Shown here: positions 19,300 through 27,521 of the stretch, in pieces
Position numbering within the stretch: position 1 is the first letter of the stretch
How the letters are laid out: every line of letters begins with the position of its first letter
Source: Candidatus Latescibacterota bacterium
Lineage (GTDB): Bacteria; Latescibacterota; Latescibacteria; Latescibacterales; Latescibacteraceae
Assembly: GCA_042572165.1 (NCBI GenBank)
Contig: JBHPFF010000002.1
Location: 1 to 60,224 of the forward strand
Reading direction: 5' to 3'
Length of the DNA: 60,224 bases
Made by a program: the position numbers and the translations under genes
Notes under the pieces: model-generated
The model's database searches: none
What the model was told of the DNA's origin: nothing
The model's input: the letters and a program-made list of their open reading frames with translations, nothing else

Positions 19300-20433
19300 C
19301 TATTTGAAAATATCATCAGATATACGGTCAGATCTTATCTCGGGGGCACGCCAGTCCCCGGGCAGATCGGCACAGTTGACCATTAGGCCGTTTTTTTCAC
19401 AATGGGAGTAAAATCCTGTCAGGAATGTTATGGTTTTTTCAAGAATGTATTCGTGTGTCTGCGGCATTTCACCCGTCTCGATCATTCTAGCAAACTCAAG
19501 GCAGGGGGGGAGAAAGAGATTCTTATACAGTGAAAACACATCCCCGGGAACATCATCGTAATCAGCAACTCTTCCCATGTTAGTGGATACAACCAACCAC
19601 CCGAATGTATCCCTTTCACTCGTCAGATTCATTCCCGCGTAATAGTCACGATTATTCTCATGACTGCATCTCATGGTAAAGAAAGCAGATTTAAACTCCC
19701 ACCATTTATCAGCCTGTAGACTTACTGCGACTACCTTCGGCTGTAAGACAGTGTGTAATTTATAAATCCCGTGGATAGCGTGGGCGGGATATTCATTGGT
19801 CGTTTCCAGTGCCATCGCACCAGTGATAACGGCACCCTCATCGAGCTTTTTTTTCAGGTTGTAGCGGAGCCTGACAGTCTCATGCATCATCTCATCTGAA
19901 GATGGCACCATCAGAGGGGCATTGTACTTTTTTGAACGGTCGAGAACCTCTTTTGCTTCCCTGAGCGAGAGAGCAAGCGGGCGGTCTATCATCACAGGCA
20001 TGCTAGCTTCAAGATACGGTTTTGAAAGCTGGGGAAACCAGCCTGCAGAGTAAAAGTCGGAAATCATCACAGCATCAACTTTATCAACCATGTCGTAATA
20101 GTTCTTTACCGCCTTGATATCGTATTTCTTTGCAAAAGCCTCTGCGAGTTCGGGATCCGGATCCCAGATCATGGTCATGACCATACCGGTTAACCGGGGC
20201 CAGACAATTCCAAGCTCCTCTCCAAGAGGAGGATTCATGGGTATTCCCCATGCAGAATCGGCGTGGGAATACTCGCCGCAGGTGATGACACCTACCTCGA
20301 TCATCTCGACTGAAGAAGGGCTTTTTCTGGTGTATATTTTACGTTTTGCCTGAGCTTTCCGGGTTGAAGCAAGCAGTACTCCGGTAGTTGAAGCCGTTTT
20401 CAGAAATGACCGTCTCGAAGGTGTTTCTGACAT
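19300..20433 (-). CDS. Tat-signal Gfo/Idh/MocA-like oxidoreductase
   Basis: Leader SRRSFLKTASTTGVLLAS. Rossmann-like VGVITCGEYSH...DPDPELAEAFAKKYDIK...VDAVMISD...MIDRPLALSLREAKE follows the Gfo/Idh/MocA layout, with DRP in place of EKP. Confidence 0.55.
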   Translation of the reverse strand: MSETPSRRSFLKTASTTGVLLASTRKAQAKRKIYTRKSPSSVEMIEVGVITCGEYSHADSAWGIPMNPPLGEELGIVWPRLTGMVMTMIWDPDPELAEAFAKKYDIKAVKNYYDMVDKVDAVMISDFYSAGWFPQLSKPYLEASMPVMIDRPLALSLREAKEVLDRSKKYNAPLMVPSSDEMMHETVRLRYNLKKKLDEGAVITGAMALETTNEYPAHAIHGIYKLHTVLQPKVVAVSLQADKWWEFKSAFFTMRCSHENNRDYYAGMNLTSERDTFGWLVVSTNMGRVADYDDVPGDVFSLYKNLFLPPCLEFARMIETGEMPQTHEYILEKTITFLTGFYSHCEKNGLMVNCADLPGDWRAPEIRSDRISDDIFK

Positions 20434-20491
20434 TGGATGACCCCCTTTCTTCAGGGGAAATGAATTAGATATTTTCAGAAATTAAACTGTT

Positions 20492-21769
20492 TTATTTAAA
20501 AAACTCCATCACAGCCAGAATACCGGTATAGGCGATAAAACATGAAAAAATAAGGGAAGTAACGAGACCGATATTGAGCAATATTCCTGCTCTGTGCTCA
20601 CCCATAAGTTCTTTTTTATTGATGAGTAGAATAATACCAATAATGGCGACAGGGAGTATAAAAACATACGCTACCTGTGTTGCAATCTGGGCAGCTATGG
20701 GATTTGCGCCGAAGATAGGCACAACGAGACCGAACAGACAGGCAATGAATGCAAGACGGCGGAAAAGCGATGATTTTGTATCCATCTTGCCTGCGCGGTA
20801 ATCATCGACTAATAGAGGCGCTACCATCAGAATAGGGAATACGGAAGACAACCCGGCGCTCAGAGTTCCGGTAAAGAAAAGCGCCACCGCATATTTTCCC
20901 GCAATCGGCTCCAATGTATACATCATATCCAGAACCTTGGTAATAACCTGTCCGCGGTGAAACAATGCACCGGTGGCAGCAGCCATAATTGAGAAACTGA
21001 TAATAAACACGAGGATAGCATAAAACAGCGAATCTCTGCTTTGTTCATAAGTATTTTGTTTTGTCCAACCTTTTTCTTTCATCAGGAGCGGTCTAACGAC
21101 AAATGTCGGAGCGCCTATCGTTGTACCGACAAAAGCCGCCACCATGAGTTTACCTCCCGGTATCTTTGGAATACGTGGTATAAAACCAGCAACAATCTCT
21201 TTTGGGGATGGCATAACTACAAACATTGAAATGATAAATGAAATGCCCATAATTGTGACAAATACTATGAGTATCTTTTCAAAAAATGAATACCTGCCCA
21301 CCAGGAGCAGAGAATACATTATCAGAATAACCACAATGGCGATTCCCAGAACACTCCAGTATTTTGGAAGATCAAGGCCGGGTATGAACATGTGCACTAT
21401 CTCGTAGATTGCATTGGCGGATAATCCCAGTATACCTGTCAGGGAATTCCACTGGGCAAAGATAATACCGATCATAGTCGCAATTGCGATGGGCTTGCCG
21501 TAACGTATGTGTTTCTTGAACCCGTACAGGGTGGTCTCGCCGGTAATAACTCCAAAACGGCCGAAAGCCTCCATCAATACCCACGAGAAAAGACAGCTGA
21601 GAAAGAGCACCCAGGTAAGCTGCATGCCAAACTGCGATCCGGCTTTTGCCATTGATGTAACACTGCCTGTCCCTACCGAGTAACCAATGCCGAAAATTGC
21701 AGGGCCTATCATTAAGACCATGATCCAGATGCGTTTCACTAACGAAACGTTTGTTGAGCCTTCCTTCAT
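20492..21769 (-). CDS. NRAMP-family divalent metal cation transporter
   Basis: Polytopic membrane protein of about 11 TM helices. N-terminal GPAIFGIGYSVGTGSVTSMAKAGSQFGMQLTW resembles the Nramp consensus region. Confidence 0.6.
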   Translation of the reverse strand: MKEGSTNVSLVKRIWIMVLMIGPAIFGIGYSVGTGSVTSMAKAGSQFGMQLTWVLFLSCLFSWVLMEAFGRFGVITGETTLYGFKKHIRYGKPIAIATMIGIIFAQWNSLTGILGLSANAIYEIVHMFIPGLDLPKYWSVLGIAIVVILIMYSLLLVGRYSFFEKILIVFVTIMGISFIISMFVVMPSPKEIVAGFIPRIPKIPGGKLMVAAFVGTTIGAPTFVVRPLLMKEKGWTKQNTYEQSRDSLFYAILVFIISFSIMAAATGALFHRGQVITKVLDMMYTLEPIAGKYAVALFFTGTLSAGLSSVFPILMVAPLLVDDYRAGKMDTKSSLFRRLAFIACLFGLVVPIFGANPIAAQIATQVAYVFILPVAIIGIILLINKKELMGEHRAGILLNIGLVTSLIFSCFIAYTGILAVMEFFK

Positions 21770-21844
21770 AATTCTCTCCTGGAGTTAAATAAGAAACAGA
21801 GTGACATAAAATTGATTTGCTAATTATAAGATAAAACTTTTGCG

Positions 21845-21874
21845 TTTACAATAAAATACCTATTTATTTATGAT
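21845..21874 (+). promoter_or_regulatory. Candidate sigma-70-like promoter for the ROK kinase gene
   Basis: TTTACA-N18-TATGAT lies 59 nt upstream of the ATG in a 163-nt divergent intergenic region. This is a consensus match only. Confidence 0.25.
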
Positions 21875-21932
21875 AGTTTTTGTCTGTTTGAAAGCTGATA
21901 TGCCTCGTGATGAAAAATAACTGGTTTGAATA

Positions 21933-22910
21933 ATGGCTGAAAAACTCTATGTTGGTGTTGATCTTGGCGGAACAAATATATGTTCCGGTCTGGTAAACGA
22001 AAATGGGGAAGTACTGTCGAGGGATAAGCGAAAGACACTGGGACGAGTTTCCGCCGAGGCGCCGGTGAAACAAATCGTGGATTCAATTAACGACGTGGTT
22101 CTGAATGGTGGAGCAGTTTTTTCCGATATACGGGGCATTGGAATCGGGTCGCCGGGTCCTCTGAGTGCGAAGGAAGGTAAAATCCTCAGAACCACCAACC
22201 TTCCTTACTGGATAAATTTTCCCATCACAGAAAAAATAAGGGAACAAACCGGTATTAATACTTTCCTCCAGAACGATGGAACATGCTTTGCTTACGGTGA
22301 ATGGTGGATGGGAGCGGGCAGGGGAAAGAATGATTTTTTTGCAGTAACCCTTGGAACAGGCATTGGCGGCGGCGCAGTCTCAGGCGGTACACTGCTAACC
22401 GGTTTCAACGACAATGCCTGTGAATTCGGACATACGACCATAGATTACAACGGCCCCCAGTGCCGTTGCGGGCAAAAAGGATGCCTTCAGCTCTACGCCT
22501 CTGCTACCGGTATCGTACGCATGACACGAGAAAATCTGATAAACGAGCATCATGAGACATCACTTGCCGTATATCGCACAGAACCTGAAAAACTCTCCGC
22601 AGAAGCTATCTACACAGCGGCGTGTGAGGGTGATTATTTCGCACGGTCTATGTTCGACAGGGCAGGATACATTCTCGGAATCGGACTTGTCAATGCGCTC
22701 AATATCCTCAACTATGAAACTGTGGTTATCGGTGGGGGACTTGCAAGGGCGGGTGATTTAATTTTTGATCCTGCAAGACGTGCACTTTTTGAACGAGGGT
22801 TTATGCCTTATAATAAACAGGTAAACATCATACCTGCGGAAAGACCGGATGATGCAGCCATACTCGGTGCTGTCAGGATAGTTATTGATAATGAGAACAT
22901 AAAAGGATAA
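21933..22910 (+). CDS. ROK family sugar kinase (glucokinase-like)
   Basis: N-terminal VGVDLGGTNI, the zinc motif GHTTIDYNGPQCRCGQKGCL, and a GGG...G ATP-binding tail. Confidence 0.8.
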   Translation: MAEKLYVGVDLGGTNICSGLVNENGEVLSRDKRKTLGRVSAEAPVKQIVDSINDVVLNGGAVFSDIRGIGIGSPGPLSAKEGKILRTTNLPYWINFPITEKIREQTGINTFLQNDGTCFAYGEWWMGAGRGKNDFFAVTLGTGIGGGAVSGGTLLTGFNDNACEFGHTTIDYNGPQCRCGQKGCLQLYASATGIVRMTRENLINEHHETSLAVYRTEPEKLSAEAIYTAACEGDYFARSMFDRAGYILGIGLVNALNILNYETVVIGGGLARAGDLIFDPARRALFERGFMPYNKQVNIIPAERPDDAAILGAVRIVIDNENIKG

Positions 22911-22934
22911 TGAAACGGTCGGTGAAAGCTGCAA

Positions 22935-24923
22935 TCATAGTTCTTCAATTACAATCAGAGGCTGCCCCTTGTCAACGCTGTCTCCTTCTTTAATCAAAAA
23001 TTTGACAATTTTACAGTCTACTGGTGCGCTGATCTCATTTATGAGTTTCATCGCTTCCACGATACATAATGTTTCACCGGCCTTAACAATATCATCTACA
23101 TTGGCATACGATGGTTTCCCCGGTGATGGTGAGGAATAATACTTACCGACAAGGGGAGAATTAATAGTGGTTGTTAATGCTCCATCGCCGGTTTGATCCA
23201 GGGAAGAATCCTGTGCCGTAGAGGAATCTTCTGAAACGGTTTCTGAGATTGGCTGATCTTCGGGTAGTGAGGGTGGTGTAGATTTCAACTGGGAAACAGC
23301 GGTACCATCGGCTTTCATCGAGAAGCTGGTGTCACCTTTACGAATGACAAGCTCGGATATACTGAGTTCGGCCATCTTTTGCATAATTTCACCGAATCCA
23401 TCATAATCAGTCTGCGACAGTAAAGATGTACCGGAAACTTCCCCGGCTTTTTTCTTTTCCAAACCGGAAAGAGCCTTCACATCAGCAGTTACCGGGGGAG
23501 CCTCCCTCTCTGCGATTTCAAGCTCCACCGGTGCAGGGGGGCGTTCATCAGGAGGCAGACTTCGCCATTTAAAATATTCGAGTGCCTGTTCGGGGAAAAG
23601 GCAGTAAGAAATGATATCCTCTTCATGGTCAATAAGGCTGGAATCAAGATTTTCAATGGCTTTAGGAAGCATGGGCTCTATATCATCTGCGGGTCTGTGC
23701 GTGATGGGTTTCTCGTCACCGAGTATCATTTTAGTAAAATCGGGACTGATTTTTGCCGGCGGTCTGCCATAAAGACCCCTGACATAATTTTTTATCTCGT
23801 TGGGAACAATTTTATAACGCTCGCCGGAGAGGACATTAAGCACAGCCTGAGTTCCAACCATCTGGCTTGTTGGTGTAACAAGCGGAGGAAAGCCCATGTC
23901 GGCCCGTACGCGGGGTATCTCCTTAAAAACCTCATCAAGTCTATCGAGGGCTTTTTGCTGTGCCAGTTGCGATCTGAGATTGGATATCATACCGCCCGGA
24001 ATCTGGTGCAGCAGGATTTCGGGATCAATTGTCGATGTTGGCCTATGTGCCGGCCTCATTTTAGGAGCAATTTCAGTGAAAAAACCTGCAATTTTCTGAA
24101 GAGCGTCAATATCAAGTTCAGTGGAATATTCAGTTTCATTGAAAATAGCTGCCATTGTTTCAACCGGCGGCTGTGAGGAGTATCCCGAAACAGGAGAAAT
24201 TGCACAGTCAATTGCACCGGCTCCAGCCCTGACACCCTCCACATAGGTTGCAATAGCCATGCCGCTCGATGAATGACAGTGTAATTGAATAGGAACATTG
24301 ACAGCATTAACCAGAGCCGTGATTAACTTTTCAGATGCGATGGGTGAGAGAATACCTGCCATATCTTTTATGCATAATGTGTCTATGCCGGCTTCAACCT
24401 GTTCTTTTGCGGCTTTCACATAGTTCTCAATAGTATGATGGGGACTTATGGTATATGAAAGTGTCCCCTGAACATGTCCGCCGTGCTTTTTAATTGACTT
24501 GATCGCATATTCGAGATTTCTCGTATCGTTTAGGGCATCAAAAACCCTGAAAATATCTATGCCGTTATAACAGGCCAGAGCAATAAAACGGTCGAGGAGA
24601 TCATCGGCATAATTTTTGTAACCTACAATATTCTGGCCTCTTAAAAGCATTTGAAGAGGTGTTTTTGTGGCTTTTGATTTTATCATCCTCAACCGTTCCC
24701 ATGGATTTTCCCTTAAAAATCTGATACACACATCAAATGTGGCGCCTCCCCACATTTCGAGGGAATAGTATCCGACTGAATCGATTACATCAACAATTTT
24801 CATAATATCATCGATTCTCAATCTTGTTGCCCAAAGAGACTGATGAGCATCACGTAACGTTGTATCGGTAATCCTCAGGGGGATACGGGATTTCTTTTTC
24901 TTTGTGGCTTTTGGCTTATTCAT
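22935..24923 (-). CDS. Biotin-dependent carboxyltransferase subunit (oxaloacetate decarboxylase alpha / pyruvate carboxylase B-like) fused to an AccB-type biotin carrier domain
   Basis: N-terminal ITDTTLRDAHQSL (HMGL-like/5S carboxyltransferase). A long S/T/P/E-rich linker follows. C-terminal SPLVGKYYSSPSPG...GETLCIVEAMKLINEI is a biotinyl-lysine motif of AccB style. Confidence 0.75.
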   Translation of the reverse strand: MNKPKATKKKKSRIPLRITDTTLRDAHQSLWATRLRIDDIMKIVDVIDSVGYYSLEMWGGATFDVCIRFLRENPWERLRMIKSKATKTPLQMLLRGQNIVGYKNYADDLLDRFIALACYNGIDIFRVFDALNDTRNLEYAIKSIKKHGGHVQGTLSYTISPHHTIENYVKAAKEQVEAGIDTLCIKDMAGILSPIASEKLITALVNAVNVPIQLHCHSSSGMAIATYVEGVRAGAGAIDCAISPVSGYSSQPPVETMAAIFNETEYSTELDIDALQKIAGFFTEIAPKMRPAHRPTSTIDPEILLHQIPGGMISNLRSQLAQQKALDRLDEVFKEIPRVRADMGFPPLVTPTSQMVGTQAVLNVLSGERYKIVPNEIKNYVRGLYGRPPAKISPDFTKMILGDEKPITHRPADDIEPMLPKAIENLDSSLIDHEEDIISYCLFPEQALEYFKWRSLPPDERPPAPVELEIAEREAPPVTADVKALSGLEKKKAGEVSGTSLLSQTDYDGFGEIMQKMAELSISELVIRKGDTSFSMKADGTAVSQLKSTPPSLPEDQPISETVSEDSSTAQDSSLDQTGDGALTTTINSPLVGKYYSSPSPGKPSYANVDDIVKAGETLCIVEAMKLINEISAPVDCKIVKFLIKEGDSVDKGQPLIVIEEL

Positions 24924-25103
24924 ATAGCTTGTTTCCTTTTCATATCCGTGAAATCGATGATTATCAATAATATTGAAATGTTAAATTTTTCAATAAAATT
25001 GGATTTATTTATCTAATATAAAAATTTTTAACGAAAATGCAAAACTGTCTTCGAAATTATTATGCTAAAATATAAAAGTAATCCTGGAATTATCATTAAT
25101 ATA

Positions 25104-25592
25104 CTAATTAATAGGCATCATATAGTCAGCAAGACGGCTTGAGGTTTTTCGTAGATTCAAACTTATCAGGCGGGTTATACCTTTTAAAATCTTGATGCCG
25201 ATTTCCGGGTATTCTTTCAGGACATGATTGAACTGGTCACGAAGAAAAAAAATCAGCAATGCTTTCGTTTTTGCACGCACTGTGGCAGAACGGGGATAAT
25301 CATCGATGATAGCCATTTCGCCAATTGACCGTCCCCTGCCAATTTCGCTTAAAATTATATAATCGGTTTGTTGAGATTTTTTTACTACTTCCAATGTTCC
25401 ACTGATAACAAAACAAACGTATTCACCGTTCTCGCCTTCCTTGAAGAGTATTTTCCCGGCAGCAATCTCTTTGAGATGCATATATCGGGTAATAATCTTA
25501 AGCTCTCTGTTAGAGAGTGTATCAAAGATTGGAATATTATTGAGAAAATCAATAATTTCTGCAGATTTTATATTTCTCGTCAACTGTTTCAT
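25104..25592 (-). CDS. Stand-alone cyclic-nucleotide-binding domain protein
   Basis: Pattern G..GE...FVISG...V, then IGEMAIIDDYPRSATVRA, which contains the cNMP-binding RSAT motif. No DNA-binding domain is present. Confidence 0.65.
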   Translation of the reverse strand: MKQLTRNIKSAEIIDFLNNIPIFDTLSNRELKIITRYMHLKEIAAGKILFKEGENGEYVCFVISGTLEVVKKSQQTDYIILSEIGRGRSIGEMAIIDDYPRSATVRAKTKALLIFFLRDQFNHVLKEYPEIGIKILKGITRLISLNLRKTSSRLADYMMPIN

Positions 25593-25739
25593 TTTCTCAT
25601 CCGTGAAATAATTGAATAGATTAAAGCGTATCGAAGTATTAATGAGTTAAAGTAGTATATAAAAAATTGTAGAAGATAAGAAGAAAATATTTTAAAATTT
25701 TACTTTCCATGCAAGGTTCAGCTCAATAAACGACACTGC

Positions 25740-26270
25740 TTGACTCGGCCAGTTGGACGACCACCGAGGAAACCGATTGTGTTGTTATATGAATTTCAAT
25801 ATAAAGCGGCCAGTCGGGATCAACCGAGGCGAGTGGTCACCAAGGTGAAATGGCACCAAGGGGAGCTATTTCCAAGAGCATGACCAATATGAGCGCCAAA
25901 CCAGAAGGCGTGGTACACTTCTACAATGGCCGTGGCACAGCTGAGCAGGGGATTAAAGAAGGTAAATACGCTCTGAACTGGACACGACTCTTATGCAAGC
26001 GTTTCGTCTCTAATTAGGTGAGGCTCGGGTTATTCGTTCTGGCATACAATCTGGGGAATTTTCTTAGACGCCTGGTTCTTCCGAAGAAAATCAAACACTG
26101 GTCAATTCGCAGCCTCCTCGTGAAATTTATCAAAACCGGAGCGAAGATTGTCAGACGCAGCGGATAGATTACGTTTCAAATGGCAGAAGTTACTATAGAC
26201 AAGAGGCTGTTCGACGGGATATTGTCTCGAATCGAAGATTGCGTTGCTGTTCTGTTTAACTACACCGTTA
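25740..26270 (+). mobile_element. IS1380-family transposase remnant: C-terminal ~170 codons only, with one frameshift and two in-frame stops
   Basis: Reads LTRPVGRPPRKPIVLLYEFQYKAASRDQPRRVVTKVKWHQGELFPRA / (frameshift) MTNMSAKPEGVVHFYNGRGTAEQGIKEGKYALNWTRLLCKRFVSN*VRLGLFVLAYNLGNFLRRLVLPKKIKHWSIRSLLVKFIKTGAKIVRRSG*ITFQMAEV... This is the FYN.RGTAEQ.IKEGK...LAYNL..F.R signature I associate with IS1380. A 17-nt perfect palindrome, GTCTCTAATTTAGAGAC, lies at 26294-26310. Confidence 0.7.
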
Positions 26271-26509
26271 TGGGGTTGATTCAATGGATACGTGTCTCTA
26301 ATTTAGAGACAAATATTTTTAAAATCTATAAGGTTAAGGCGGTTTTTTGTAAAATTATATTTGTTAAAAAACATAAAATTAGTAATATTCATTTATCAAA
26401 TGGATTAGGGGAACTGTAACTACTCATGGATTTGAAATGGTTAATATTGCAAAAAGCATTCCATACTAATTATTTACTTGTTATCATACAAATTGGAGTT
26501 ATGATGAAA

Positions 26510-27338
26510 AGACGTGACTTCATCAAACAATCGAGCGCCGCAGCCTCTGGTTTTGCCATGTACGAATTATTCGAGTACGAGGATAATATAACCCAGGCTT
26601 TCCCAACCAGCAGGGGTACGGGCATAGAGGAAGCGAACTATTACATCGAGCACTGCAAGGATAAGAACACCATACCTGATGTGCGACCGGAAATCAGGGA
26701 AAATTCCCGGGCTGTTTTCCTGATTGAGACCCACGTAGACGCCCAAAAGGACGCTGAAAGATTATATCCCGAGACGGCTGACCAACTCCGAAAGGAGGGA
26801 CAGCGTATTGCCAGGCTGCTGTTTGTCAAGGGCACTAAGAAAGGAGGATCAACCTTCATCAAACCAAACTTCACCGATACTGGTGAGAGTAGATACTTCA
26901 AACTTAACAACGGAGTCCATTCTGCACCCGACTTTATTGTGGGCGTGGTCGAGAACCTCCGTGACATCGGAAATCCGAACGTGGCATGCGGTGAGACTCC
27001 CACAAACGCTGTGAGACACCGTCTTGGAGGGTGGAGCGCACGACTGGAATGGCTTTTACCGTGATTATCTGGTCAACATTGTCATCGTCGGTTGCTCACC
27101 CTACGAGGTGGATGCTGTCGGCAGTTACATTATGGGCCACGACCCACGCGAGGTCTGGTATACCCGTGTTGCAAAAGAAAAAGGCTACGGCGAGTGTGAC
27201 CCGAATAAGATTGACATTTACTGGATTCGTGAGAATGGAGACATCGTACCGGTGAAAAATCTCACTGAAATAAAACGTTGTCCGCTCGGGCTTGACTGGT
27301 TTAGGAGCGGAAATCCGAATGATTATCTTTTCTGGTGA
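26510..27338 (+). pseudogene. Tat-signal DUF362 pseudogene: +1 frame change and loss of the central ~130 codons
   Basis: Leader MMKRRDFIKQSSAAASG and the N-terminal DUF362 part (STFIKPNFT, VACGE) end at a stop at 27062-27064. The C-terminal part (NIVIVGCSPYEVDAVGSYIMGHDP...) continues in another frame from ~27024. The K(T)H / KN / EG.GP core seen in intact paralogs is absent. Confidence 0.65.
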
Positions 27339-27521
27339 AAAGAAATTTATTTACGATTAGTAAAGAGATTTAAGTGGATAAAAAGGTGTTAAAAAAACGA
27401 AAACAAGATTTAAACTGGGTGAAACAGTATGCTTAAAAAATTTGTAGTGAAATTTTCTTAAAAAATATTATTGATGGAGAAAAATTGGTAATTTAAAAAA
27501 ATTTTAATTAAGGAGGACAGC

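Noticed and set aside
21770-21932. A possible Mn-responsive (yybP-ykoY-like) riboswitch upstream of the NRAMP gene, suggested by a GAGTGACATA string.
   Set aside because: The string is on the wrong strand for the NRAMP leader. The region is only 163 nt, AT-rich, and lacks the paired-helix architecture.
23625-24176. 183-aa + strand ORF inside the carboxyltransferase gene. Similar long antisense ORFs occur at 6235..6741, 28650..29162, 36593..37189, 37111..37752, 44106..44645 and 52341..53036.
   Set aside because: Each lies entirely within, and antisense to, a CDS with strong family motifs. Their translations are low-complexity or Cys/Arg/Ser-rich with no recognisable motifs and no RBS. They are shadow ORFs.
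27024-27064. The overlap of the two DUF362-like ORFs as a programmed +1 ribosomal frameshift.
   Set aside because: Joining the frames still leaves the protein ~130 residues short of the conserved core (the K.H / KN / EG.GP motifs are absent). No slippery heptamer is evident. Deletion plus frameshift in a pseudogene fits better.
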